NCBI RefSeq assembly: GCF_018977255.1
Contig: NW_024704743.1
Span: 27,468,001 to 27,532,000 of the forward strand
DNA: 64,000 bases
Direction: 5' to 3'
DNA from: Callorhinchus milii
Taxonomy: Eukaryota
The first letter of the stretch is position 1. Each line of letters opens with the position of its first letter. The notes beneath the pieces were generated by a model that had not been told where the DNA came from, searched no databases, and saw only the letters and a program-made list of their open reading frames with translations. Positions 26,081 through 38,602 of the stretch are shown here, piece after piece. Position numbers and translations under genes: made by a program.

Positions 26081-28577
26081 TTCTGCTGTTCTTAGTTAAA
26101 CTCAGCTGAGTTTTGCGGGTTCAATCAAACCTCTTTTAGCCTCAAGTTTTCAAATTGGCACATTTGAATTATCTCAGATAACTGTCAGCAGGAGCTTTGT
26201 CTAATCATTGATGTGGGGACTGCTTTAGTTCTCTTAGATATCTGTGCTGAAAGCACTTGGGACATTGCTTTATGACAAAGAGAAAATTAATTTTGAGCTA
26301 AGATTTGGTGGAGTAAGCGTGGCCTCAGAAGACCTGGGAAAACAATTAATCTACATGATTTATGTAGCTATGGAGCAGCTGCTTATTTTCAACCATCTTA
26401 ACAGGCTTGAAGGTTTTCTGTGGCTGTTGAGTGCAAATCCACACACGTTATTTTGGAGGGTGCTTATTTGAAGATAAATCAATATGTGAACTCATTGGAA
26501 TGCCTCACCTTCCTCTCTGAAGTGCTCTATTCGCCATGTCACATGAGGGGACAGGAAGGGAGTGAGCATTAAAGATCCCATAATAATAGATTGATAAGAC
26601 TGATAAGACTGTCATATGTTGTCCTGGCCAACAATCTCTTAGATAAATTGATCATTCGATCATTCATTTTATGGCAGGTTGTAGGATATTGCTGGTCGCA
26701 AATTGGTTGGCACAATCACAAATGCACAACAACAATAACTTATATTTTTATAGTCCCTTTCGTGCAAGATACCATCTCACAGCGCTGCACAGTGATGGGG
26801 TTGGATGCCGAGTGTGAGAGATGGGGAAGGCGAAGGTGACCATAGATTCAGTTGAAGAGGTAGGTGTCAAGGTAAGATTTAAAGATACATAAAGAGGGGG
26901 TGAGGCAGAGAGATTGAGACTGAGAGTTCCCAAGGTTAGGGGCATAATTATTATTATTATAGTGCCTTAAAGAATGGCCACTGATGGTGGCACAGAGTAG
27001 TCAGGGGACCCACTGCAGGCCTGTGCCAACTGAATCAATATGGTCACAGCAATTACCTGTAAAGCATTTTGAGATATTTTGACACAATAGGCACAATATC
27101 GAATGCAAATACAAAGTATTACGATCTTTGAATGTAATTGCTGAGTTACTTCCTTAAACCAAACAAGACTTTAAATGACCCTCTGATTCCCACCCTCTCT
27201 CCAGTGGCCGATCTGAGGTTTTGGACTACAAATGTGCAGAGAGAGAATACATGACAATAAGAATGAATAATAGTCCATTCAGCTCACCCCCTTATTTTGG
27301 TACTAAATATTTCTTCATTGGTCTCCATCGAAGTCATGGCTTTGGTCAATAGAATTGTACTATTATTAACAGCCTTTGCCAACTTTGTTTTCTGAAGGAT
27401 TCTCTTGTCAAATGAAGGGAAATTAAAAACTGCCAGACTGCCATGTTTCCCTACAAAAACAGTCACTACAGTTAGCAGTGATTACATATGAATCACTTTG
27501 AAATGTTTTGCCTGAATAGTATTTTCTTAGAAGGAATAGCTGGATAAAGGGGGTAATGGAAATGGTTTGTTCGAACACTGCCACTTACTGCACTACACAA
27601 GTACAGCAACTAGTTCCCTACCTCCCAATGGTATTTCCCTGATGTTCATAAATTACATTACTCCCTGCACAGAGCTGAGACACAGTTTGCTGAGGCACAG
27701 GTCTAGATGCACAAAGCTTATAAACCAAGAATCACAATCACTGCAACATGCACTGGAGACTTCAGATAAGATAAGCTGTAGTACTGCTGCAAACAGGCAC
27801 AGGACATTGCTACAAGGTAAGGATTAAGGAGATCTCTTTATTTTTCAGATTGAAACACTGCAGAGACAGATTTGAAGCAGTGAGGATTCGTCAAGCTTGA
27901 GATCTAATAGACTGATATTTCTGATAACAAGGTGAACAAAATGCAAACTCTGGAAGAAAAGATTGAAATGGTGTCGCTTGCAGTGACAGTCCATAAAATC
28001 TTGTTATTTAAAGAAACTCCAAGGCTCAACCTACCAAACTTTTCCTCTTTCTTGGCTGTCAAATAAGCCACTTTGTTTTGACCTTGGGTGAATGTCCTTT
28101 AGCTGCACAAAAGTGTTCTTAGACATTAGCATGTCAAGTCTTCACAGTTCATCGTGTAAGATGTGACACTGAGTCAGGCAAAAAATTACAAACTATTCAA
28201 TACATCCAACACCTCCACTGAATTACACAAGATGCTGGTCCCTTAAAAATGTGCTGCGATTGATCTCTTCCAATCTCTGCCCATCAAAAATGTATGATTT
28301 TAATATTCATTGCTATGATTTCTCTGTCCCTTTGTTTCCTCTGTTTCCTATCCCTGCAACTTTCCCCTTCCTTCACCTCCTTTAAGGTCTACCTCAAGAC
28401 CTCTTCAACTGTGCTTTTGGACATCTTTCAGTGTGGTTCACAAGATATTGAATTTACTTTAGGTTTTGTTAAGTTTAGATACCATCCCAAAAGCCAGCAT
28501 TCAAATATGATGCTCCATGGCTGACTATTCAATGGTGGCTTCAAGGACCCATCTAGTTTGACAAGGTTTGACAAGCA

Positions 28578-28650
28578 GCTTGGGACGTCCTCCCGACGTG
28601 AAAGGCGCTCTATAAATGGAATCTTGTTGTTGATGTTGTTGTTGTTGTTG
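28578..28650 (+). mobile_element. Extremely truncated young L2 tail
   Basis: ttgggacgtcctcccgacgtgaaaggcgctctataaatggaatc(ttg)n, nearly identical to 20025-20087. Confidence 0.9.
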
Positions 28651-28889
28651 TTGGAGGAGGCAGGAGGGGTCACACCTGCAGAAATCTTCCACAATGTGAT
28701 ATTCATCACTGCTGATTATCAAATCCCATAGCACAAATTTTACCCCAATACTTTTTACTTTCAATGTGTAAATCATGTATTGTGAGAACCTTGAGATAAT
28801 GTCAGTCTCCTGATCCATTCCCCCACTCCGGTGAAGCCATTCTCAGGGAGGAATTGTTTGGAGGACTGACAGCATCTCCCTCCATGGAT

Positions 28890-29425
28890 GAACTCTACAT
28901 CTCACAGAGCCAATACGGAACCTCGGTGTCCTGTTTGACCCTCAACTGTTCTTCATACCCCACATCCATGCCATGACCCGCTCTGTGTTCCCCACCTCCT
29001 CAACATTGCTTCGCTCTTCAACTGTCTCACATCGCAGGCCGCTGAGATCCTCATACACATTCATAACAACCATACTCAACCAATCCCCACCTGCTTGTCA
29101 GCCTCCCCAAATCCTCCCTCTACAGATGATCCAGATTTCTGCAGCCATTGTCCTCTCCTACACAAGGCTCCGCGACCATATCACCCCCAACTTTGCCCAA
29201 CTCCATTGGGTTCCCACCACATAGAAAATACAGTTCAAGATCCTGGTACTCACTTTCAAAGGCCTCCATGGCCTTGCTCCCCACCTACCTTTGTGACCTC
29301 CTAACCCACTATCAACCTGCCAACACCAGCCTGCTTCATGTCCCCCGCCTCGCCCACCCCACAATTGTCGGGCAGGCCTTCAGCCACTCTGCCCCCATCC
29401 TCTGAAACTCCATCCCACAGTCCCT
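28890..29425 (+). mobile_element. L2 fragment
   Basis: [27 protein letters not shown] and FKILVLTFK remnants. Confidence 0.88.
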
Positions 29426-30020
29426 CCTGGATTCGGAATACCTGGAATCCAATAAAATGGGGGGTTTACTATATTCACATTGTCCACTTCAGAAATTGCC
29501 CAAACAAGCACAATATGCAAATGTGTTTTTTTCAAAAAACGGAAAGATAGAAGCAGGGTCATGAAATTAATCATAATTCTTAGACCTTTTCAATATAAAT
29601 TTCTTCTAAATATCACCATATGATTCAGACATAAATAATGATTCATATGGAATCATTTAATGATGCATATTGAGAAGAAAGTTCAGATTCATTTTGAATT
29701 GCAGGTTCGCAGAAGGTCAATTTTCTCTACAGCAGAATCAGTACTCTGAATATTAAAGTTGCATAATACTGACAAGAACAACTTGCATTTCTTTTGCCTG
29801 TTCACATAGGATAATGTCTCAAAGAGCTTTACAGTGATGGTGCCAGACACCGAGCAAGAAAGTTGGGGTTTGGAGGAGGATTGAGGTGCCTGTAGGAAGA
29901 GACAAACAAGTAGGTTTCAGGAGGCTTTTAAATGGCACAGAGAGATTTAGGAAGGGAGGTCCAGAGGGTAGGCGAATAATGGCTTAAAGCTAGACTGCTG
30001 ATAGTGGAGCATAGGGAGTG

Positions 30021-30460
30021 TAGGATTGCCAACTCTGATTGGACATATTCCGGAGGTTTCATCAGATGAAGTAATGCCGTTAAGGACTGAGCTATTCTGC
30101 AACAAATTCACTATGGGGCGACACAAAAATCATCCATTTTAGGATTGTTTGTGAGCCAGGGTTATGTTTGATTGCTATCATAAAAATGAGACAGCACTGA
30201 CTTTAGATAATGTAGTTAAATAATGTAGGTCGCAGCCCAGTAAACTAATAAGATGGTTGAGAGAAGGCAAGCACATATTGCCTTGACATTTCAAATATCG
30301 GCTAGATTGTAGGGTCTCCAGATATTCATGAAACAATCAAGGAGCTGATAAGAGGATACATCTAATTCACCATTTAAATCATTCTGAGAATTTGCTATGT
30401 TTGTTCTCATTGCTCGCAGCATTGTCCGAGAGATTAATCTTTGATTCCTGAGGACTCTTG
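30021..30460 (+). mobile_element. Possible non-autonomous hAT-like DNA transposon remnant
   Basis: Starts taggattgccaact (tagggttgcca-type terminus from memory); right terminal inverted repeat not found. Confidence 0.35.
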
Positions 30461-33187
30461 GAATTTCAGTCTGGACTGTGTGAGTTCAGAGTTCCGATGT
30501 GGGAATTGAACCCACAATCTTCTGACTCAGAAGTGAGAGTCTATCAATTGAGGTTGGCTGACACCCTGTATATCTTTATCACTAGTCACACTCAGGCCTG
30601 CAGGAACTATGGAGATCTATGCAATGCAGAATTGACTCAAGCGAAGATTCCTTAAAAATCTGATGTGAACTTCTACAGGGATGCATCTATAAAATCATAT
30701 CACTTCAGATGTAGATTGGCAGAAATTTTCAAGCATACGTTGATATTAAGTCAATACATCCCTCCTCTTGTCTCAAATCAAGGCCATATGTTCTATAAAT
30801 CCTGCTATTGGCATCAGCAAACCTTTGCACACCTTGTCTGATCACATTCAGACAACTACAAAGGAGAGATAAGTGACTCATCATGGAGATATATCACATA
30901 TGCCAAATTGACAGCTAGGGAGTGAATATCTTGTTTTTAATCTACATGCAAACCCTCAGCAATTTAAAGCTTGGAAACTGAATAATGAATTAAGTTCCAG
31001 AGATCCATTTGTTGAACAAACAGCAAAAAAATCACTATTAGATGAAAAAGATTTTAAATATTTGTAAGAGATAATTCTTGATTTTATTTCTACATTCTTT
31101 ATGATGCACTAAATTCATTGCCAAGAAGTCTATTCTATCAGAGAAAATAGAAATTCTATTATCAATAAATATCACATTCATAAAATAAACATTTAAAGTA
31201 TAAGTGATGAAAGATCTACAGGAGCATTGAAAGCCTGAATGAGCCAAAAAGGTTTGCCTTATAAATGGAATAGGTCTAATTTGTGAAGTGGTAAAATATA
31301 TGACTTGATGAGATAGGTATCATTCTTGCTATTATTCCACTACTGTCTCAGTCAATCTCTGGCTTTAAAAATTGAGCATCCTGCAAACTATGGAATGTCT
31401 TGATTTGTGGAGCAGCAGGCAGCTTTGAGCCAAACTATTGTGATGAAGTTGGTTAGGAGCGAACAGATATTCACTATTCATCAATGGAGACATCAACAGA
31501 GGTGGAATGTCTAATAACGTAATATCATCACTGGTACTGAAAGAATGATGTATATTATAACAAAGAAGAAGGTTGTTTCGCCCTCCAAGCCTACACTGGT
31601 GGCATCTTGAAACTATCAATCCCAATTCTCTGCTCTTTCCCTACCAGTTCTACGCCCAAGGAGATCCTGTTTACCTCCTATCAAGGAGAGGAGTTTTAGG
31701 AATAGTAGGGGAAAGATTAAGGACAAACATTTGTGGAGATAGTGATGGAATTTGTAGAGTAAGATAACGCAATCTGTGCCAAAATCCTACTAAATTCTAT
31801 GGGCCTTTTTTTGGCATGAACATTGTTATCACCTTAAAAACCTTAATTGTCCATTTGTAATCGGTGAGATAGACAATCATTTGATTATTCTGTACATTCC
31901 AACATGTTAGATTGTTTTATAATACAAGTGGTAATAATAATAATCAAGTGCAATAGATATAATACCTTTCAGGCAGACAACAACAAGTTGCATTTATATA
32001 GCACCCTTCATGCAGGGTAGCGTCCCGGAGCTTTACAGTGACGGAGGCTGACAACGAAGGACATCTCAAAGCGCTTTGTAGGATTTATCGTAAAGTGTAG
32101 CAAGCCTATTTTGTAGGGTAGTTTTAAGAGCATCGCTGTTTTACAGCTGTTATATGTTTCATATGCTGGCGTAAACAAGCAATAGCCTGCTGAGAAGGGA
32201 TCAAAATGGAGGAGCATTCCTTTAAGTTAAATTTCCATATTTGTGTCTACTTCTGCTGTGTGCCATGAATGACTATCTTTTTTTTCAGATTTTTTTCATG
32301 AATGGATACAGAAGCATCACTTTTTTCTTTAAGAGAATCCTGTGCCCATGTTTAATCAAGGTGTATTGATCTCATGGAACTGATCCTATACTACTGTTTG
32401 GAACAAATGTATTGACAGGGCTGGTAAGGTTTTGGATGAATCAAACATTCTCATAAACCAAACATCCAATGTTTGGCTTAGTAATGCAGTGTCCTTGAGT
32501 TAAAAAGAAAAGAAAAATACTTTTAAATTGCGTCAGGGATTTTGTTTGCTAATTTTGACCAAACACAAATGATCTTGTGATACGCAGCAGAGTCAATCAG
32601 ATGAAAGTGTAAATGAAAACAAATGACTGTTTGCAAAATCCACTGATACTGAGCACATACCATAAACAATTTACTTCAAAAAAATAAATTGCTTATTTTC
32701 AAATACTTTGAGAGATGTTCTGGCAGTATAACATACAATGTGTTGCACAAAGCTGAAAGTGTCATTTGTTATGCTATATTCAGAACAGTGCAAGTACAAG
32801 GCAAATATATCTTTTCTTTTGAATATTTTCACTACAGAACAAGGTTTTGTAAATTCTATAAGAAATATTGGAAGATCTAAATTAATAAGTTGATGTATAA
32901 CATACTTCACTTGGTAAAACAAATCAGGTTTTGAAATTGCACCTAAGCTAAAGAAAGCACTAATAAATGTGTTGAAATATTCCAAACACGGAATTATACT
33001 CCTACGCAATTGTCGAGGGATTAAAATTATTATATTCTTTACAAAATGAGTTGTAATCAAGAGTATCATCGCAAATCAAAAATGTGCGATCATATCAAAA
33101 AAATGAGGACAACATGATTAAAGCAAATCTTCAAAGGCTTTCCCTGTCCCGAATTTCATGGTTCTGTGTCTTCACATTTAAATTAAT

Positions 33188-33720
33188 GGCGGTCTCGCTC
33201 AGTTGATAGCGCTCCTGTCTCTGAGTCAGAAGGTTATGGGTTCATATCAGGACTTTGAACTCTCAGTCCAGGCTGACGCTCCAAATAATACTGGGAGTCT
33301 GTTTCATTGCTGGGGGGAGGAGCTAATATAGTGCTGAGGGAATGCTGAATTGTTTGGGGTGGGGTGTGAGGTGCTGCATTGTGCAAATGTCCTTCCTTTG
33401 GCAGGAGGTACATAGGGTCTCCTTGGAGCTGCACTGCCTCCAAGGTAAGTAACAGAAAGGTGAAATCAAATCAATCCTCCGTGGCAGTCTCAGTAGTCCA
33501 GTTCCTGAACAGGTGGGTCTGTAGTTCTTCAGAGCACTGCTGATGAGAGCACAGCTAACCCGACTGGTTGGCAGGACATGGTAGAGCAGTCCAGGCAATC
33601 GGGACAGGGATGCTTCCCGCTCATCTCCCTTTAACTCTGTAGCCAAAGCCCTCATGGGTAGGCTGCTCCTAACTGGACAAGCAGCAGGAAAGCTTGCCTG
33701 TCCGGGCTTTAATTGGCAAG
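33188..33720 (+). mobile_element. Old tRNA-headed SINE with a distinct core (related pieces at ~10800-10970 plus and ~31575-31690 minus)
   Basis: Head gctcagttgatagcgctc...ctgagtcagaaggttatgggttca; core tcagtagtccagttcctga...gcactgctgatga shared with 10879-10935; ggaggtacatagggtctccttgg shared with the reverse of 31655-31680. Confidence 0.6.
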
Positions 33721-36694
33721 CTATGTAATTTTATCTTATGAGAATCCAGCATTACCCCAAGCATACCCTGGAGTTTCCATGCCTTGGTTCTTTCTCCAGA
33801 TTACGTCAGCAGGGTGCGTCCCTCTGGGGAGAGTGTGCATTCCTTTGAACACATGGAACTTTCCAAGTGTAGGTGGAGTTACAAGGAATTCTCAGTTTGG
33901 TTTGAATACTCTTAAGCATGCCTGTTAAATTAAATGTTAAAGAACCCTTGATATTGTTTGAAAAGAAAAGGGAGTTTCTCCCATTGTCCAAGCCAAGAAT
34001 CCCCTTCATCAAGTTTGATCACTTACCTCATGGCTGTTTGTGGGACATTATTGTGTACAAATTGGCTATTGCATTTTGCCTACAAATTACCCAGTCACTA
34101 CACTACAATAAATGTTATGAAGCTCTTTCAGACTACCCACTGGGGTAAAGGTGCTAAACTAAATGCAAGCCTCATTATTATTATGAATGGCAATTGCAAG
34201 AACTGAAAACCAATATGAAACAAACGAGTTTAACATTTCATTCAGTATCATCTCTCTCAGGAATACTCAAACATCCAGATATTTCACATTAATATAGAGG
34301 ATTGCTTCAAGCAAAAATCCGTTGTCATATTTATGGCTTTATTTTTCCAATTTAATCAAGATTATCATAAGCAGGAAGAGTGCTTTAATATTACATCTCA
34401 AATCAAAATATTTTCTTTCCTTATTTTCCTTTTGGCAAATATGCAGATGAGTCTTGGTTGCAGTTTTCACATGCAAGCTACAAAAAATGAAAAAGGAAGG
34501 AAGATAAGAGAGGTCTTGCGATGTTGCACCACAGTCAATGAAACTCGATGAGTTGCAGATAGGAAGCATAGTCATGGGGGGGGTAAGCTAATCCACTGTG
34601 GCCCCTGGTCACCTAACTTTGCTGATCAGTTAAAGTTGCCTCACAGTTTTTCTGCAAATAGCTTACATGGCTGCAGCAAGCAAAATTGCTGGTATTCGAT
34701 ATAAACATTGCCTCTAACCATAATCCAGAAAATCAGCTAAAGCATTCCCAACCTCTGAGCAAATTTTGTCACAGGCCCGAGTTGAAATGGCTGGCTCTTG
34801 TGAGCTATCCACTTTGTGGCCTGGAGCAAACACTCTTTCGGAGCTGTGACAGGAAAGAAGCCTGACAGTGTGGCCTTGCAACTTGAACTGACAGCCATCT
34901 GTTGGTTAGGCAGACGTTGTTACTGCCTCTGTGCCTCAGAGCCCCCGGCAACAATATTTTAATCAAATAGATGATTAAATAAAAAATAAATGAATAAAAT
35001 AAACAATATTCTAATCAAATAGATACAATTTGGCCTTTTATAATGTTTCATGTAACATCATCCGCTCATGTTTTGTCAATGAATAAAAGTTCATTTCATT
35101 ATTTTTTATTTCATTAAATGTCTGAATTTAGATAGCTCAAATGTCTTAATTGCATTGAGTACGTTGAAAAATATTTAAAGTTAGAGATCTTAAGCTTTGA
35201 GTTTGAAAACAACAATAAAATAGCACTTATAACGATTTTAAAGACCAATAAGAGAAATGCATTCTGTACCACACACAGGCTTACATCAAAATGGGAAATA
35301 ATTGTTGGTGCTTTATTTATAATCCATCATTGTGTCAATTAATTAAAACCTGATAAAGATTTAAGAGTTCTTTGTGCATGTACCCAGTTCACTCCATCAT
35401 AAGGTACAGTGAATGATACAAGGGCCTGGCTTATGATGTTGTAATGTGTAATAAGTCAGTTCTCTTTCTAGATTTCGATGTACTGAAAAATGTTACGGTA
35501 GCCAAAACAATTAATTGCTCTGTCTTCTGTGCCGATAGAAAGGAGAAGGGATTTGATTTAATCTTGTTTCCGTGCCACTGAAAATGAAGGAAGTGCAAAG
35601 GGCATAACAGATTTAGCAAGAAGCAGCGCTGAAGGGTGAAGGAATCCTCTATCAGCCTTGGACCTTATTAATGGCCTAGATTGCCTCTTCCACCAGCAAT
35701 AATGAACAGATACAGCTCTATAAGAGGCCATGACCTGCGAATGGAATACAAGGGCAGGGCTATAAGATGTGTTAAGGACTGATTTTATTGAAATACAAGA
35801 CAATCTGTTTGAACCCGAGTATTATTTTGAGTTATTGGAATTCATCTTCCCTTTTTCAAATACATTTACAAAAACGTTCTTTTGGAAGGTCAGCAAATGC
35901 AGGGTAAATAACAATAATACTTGGATTTCATATAGTGCCTTATCACATATTCGAAACATCTCAAAGTGCTTCACAGAATATACTAGAAAGTGTTGTGACT
36001 ATATTTTGTGGGCATCATGCAAAAAGAGTCCTATCTATACAGAGAAAGGATGTGTAAATATAAATGGACAGAGGGAGCAAAGGGACAAGACAGAGGCAGA
36101 AAGAAAGACAGACAGACAGATAAGCTTGTGTTCTCAATGCATGCATGAGGCAATCAATACCAATGATTAACCTCTCTCAGCTGAGAAGAGCAGAGAAGAG
36201 ATTACATCAGGCTGATGCAAAAAAACACTTACAGTTTCAGATCCCTTCTGACTATCACATTAGGCCTAAAGCTGCTTCAGTTATATCCACTAATGTTGCT
36301 CCAATTTAATTTGTTACATTTTGTAATATACAGATGGTGCACAGTGCTCATTTTTAAAAAGAAATTTACACTCAAATTAGATTCTGCAGAGCTCTATTCC
36401 GATTGTGAGTGCAACCCGCTCGAAACTCGTCAAATCTGTAGCCGGGAACATATTTTGTTCCAGAGCCCGGTTCTTTACCATTAATAGCGAGCTGATTTTG
36501 TGGCCTGTCCTATAAAAAGTTTGCTGTGGTGAAAGATCAGTGCTGAATGAGGTTCGCTGAGCACCTCACACCACGGTCCAGAAGATAATTTCGTAAATTT
36601 CTTTGGTCAGCCGGGTGTCTGCCACATGTGGAATCCCAACACAGAGTAACCAAATCAGACTGCGAGGGATACAATGCATACTCTCTCCCTGGTT

Positions 36695-36912
36695 ATCTAA
36701 TTCTGGAGAATATCAAGTGCAGGTTAGAAAGAGCCAAGGCTTGGGGACTCCAGAAAATGCATTGGGGGTAGTGCTGAAATTTAACCAACTAAAACCGAAT
36801 AACTCACCATTGAGAGAACTGTCGGCCAAGCTTCCTACTGCTGGTTTAGCTGGGTTTACCAATTAGGGCCTAGGCTTGTAAGGTTAGCAGGAACTGAGTG
36901 GGAAGAATCCCT
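36695..36912 (+). repeat. Unclassified old interspersed repeat (second copy ~60628-61003)
   Basis: gagaat..tgcag..aagagc.aaggc..tgct..a.ttta.cca.ctaaaa and terminal ctgagtgggaagaatc shared between both copies. Confidence 0.7.
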
Positions 36913-37503
36913 GCTCCTAACCACAAATGTTTTGGCTCAGCCTCAGCTCATGTGGGAATGTGGCGGATTCGCATTAATGTTTACTGTATTGCCTTTTCAC
37001 GTATTGTATTCACAACCTCAGTATTTGTTGTTGTTACACGTATATGCTTATACTGCAGGGAATAGCATTAGAAGATTGAGTAATAAAGGGTGTATGGAGA
37101 GGCGATGGATCAGTCTGTATTCATCGTGATTTTGATTTCAGAAAATGAATATGAATTGTAAAAGGCCAGGAAATTGCATCTTAAGTGAGGTATTCATCTC
37201 AAGATTATAGAGGTAATAAACATGGCAAAATGAAAGAATAGTTGAATAGATGAATAAAGGAAAACTAAGCAGAGAGTCAGCAAAATGGACAACGTTGCAG
37301 AACCAAAGGTAGAGATTGGGCTGGAGAGTCTACTCTTTTTTCTAGTTTAGTTTTAATCACAAATCTAGCAGCTCCTTATAAAAATCATTCCTCCACTCGA
37401 TGCTGCGTATGAATGAAAAGTCATGAGCATTTTCAGGAACTAAAACCTTTGTCTTGTCTAGCTTACCAACTTCCACTCAAATTTAAAGATGGTTCTATAT
37501 CTT

Positions 37504-37968
37504 ATAATAATAATAATCCTTGTATTTGATATAGCGCTTTTCATGTCTTCTAGCGTCCCAAAGCGCTTCACAGAATATACTGTAAAGTGAATTGACTGTA
37601 TATTTGTGGACGAACGCGGCAGCCAATTGCGCACAGCAATGTCCCACAAACAGTCATGGATTGAAAATGACCAATTTATTATTGTTTTGTTTTTTTGGAG
37701 GGATTATTATTAGGCGTGTGGAGTAAGGAAACTTGCGAATGGGATCAGTAACTCAGTAATATTCTGTGAAGCGCTTTGGGACGTCTAGAAAACGTGAAAA
37801 GTGCTATATCAAATGCAAGGATTATTATTAATAATCCTTGCATTTGATATAGCGCCTTATTGCATCTTCGAGAGCATACTATAAAGTGAATTGACTGTAT
37901 TTTTGTGGGTGAAACCTGGCAGTCAATTGCGCACAAACAGCCGTGGATTGAGTGACCAAATTATTTTT
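37504..37968. mobile_element. Rearranged cluster of three SINE pieces (minus, plus, minus)
   Basis: Minus copy 37504-37736, plus 3' end 37755-37829 and minus copy 37829-37968 joined tail to tail. Confidence 0.88.
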
Positions 37969-37973
37969 TTTAT

Positions 37974-38082
37974 TCATGTGGCTATCAATTTCTGCTAGTC
38001 CCTGTTATTTTTCCTCCCGCTCCCTACAGCACCTACACCCACTGTTATCTTCCCTTCTGCTTGACCTAGATGCAGCTCCACC
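37974..38082 (+). repeat. Direct repeat copy A flanking the S1-like unit
   Basis: tcatgtggctatcaatttctgctagtccctgttat...acacccactgtta...cttgacctagatgcagctccacc aligns by eye (roughly 85% identity) to 39197-39309. Confidence 0.9.
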
Positions 38083-38551
38083 CCTCATCCCTGCCTCAAA
38101 CACATCAATCCGAACACCAGTGACGCTGCCAGATCTTCTTTTGGTCAGTCGGGTGGCTGACACATGAGAGGTCTCAGTGTCTTATCGAAGATGTATCTTT
38201 GTGGAACGCAGGCTTGAGGCAGAGTTACTGATCCCATTCGCAATGCAATTGTAACTTGAAATCCCTGGGTTTCAGCCTTTCAACAACCGGATCATAATTC
38301 TGGCTACATTGCACGTATACTGCTGATAAACCTTTCAGTCACGTGAGACAACTCTGGCCAGTGCAGAATATCCAATCCGGTCACCCTTACCAAGTGCATT
38401 ATCTAAATCGTCCAGGTTATCCTCTGCCTAGTGTAAGCATCTACCTGGCTGCCCAGGCTTTCTATCTTGTACTAACTACGGATTTTGTTTTTTTTAAGAA
38501 AAACTTGACAAAACATAATATGTCTTTTGCCCCAAGTCTCAAGTACTTGTT

Positions 38552-38557
38552 TTTATT
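38552..38557 (-). terminator. Polyadenylation signal of the S1-like gene
   Basis: AATAAA on the minus strand about 45 bp downstream of the TGA stop; no genomic poly(A) tail follows. Confidence 0.6.
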
Positions 38558-38602
38558 CAATTTCAACAGATACTCTAAAATTCTTACGTAGCACTGCGGC
38601 AT

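Noticed and set aside
27288..27451. Possible minus-strand coding exon (KTKLAKAVNNSTILL...)
   Set aside because: Plausible GT donor, but the upstream acceptor lies in a SINE remnant, the peptide is unrecognised and no partner exons were found.
32671..33069. 132-aa ORF
   Set aside because: AT-rich, Ile/Phe-biased, no recognisable motif; consistent with a chance ORF.
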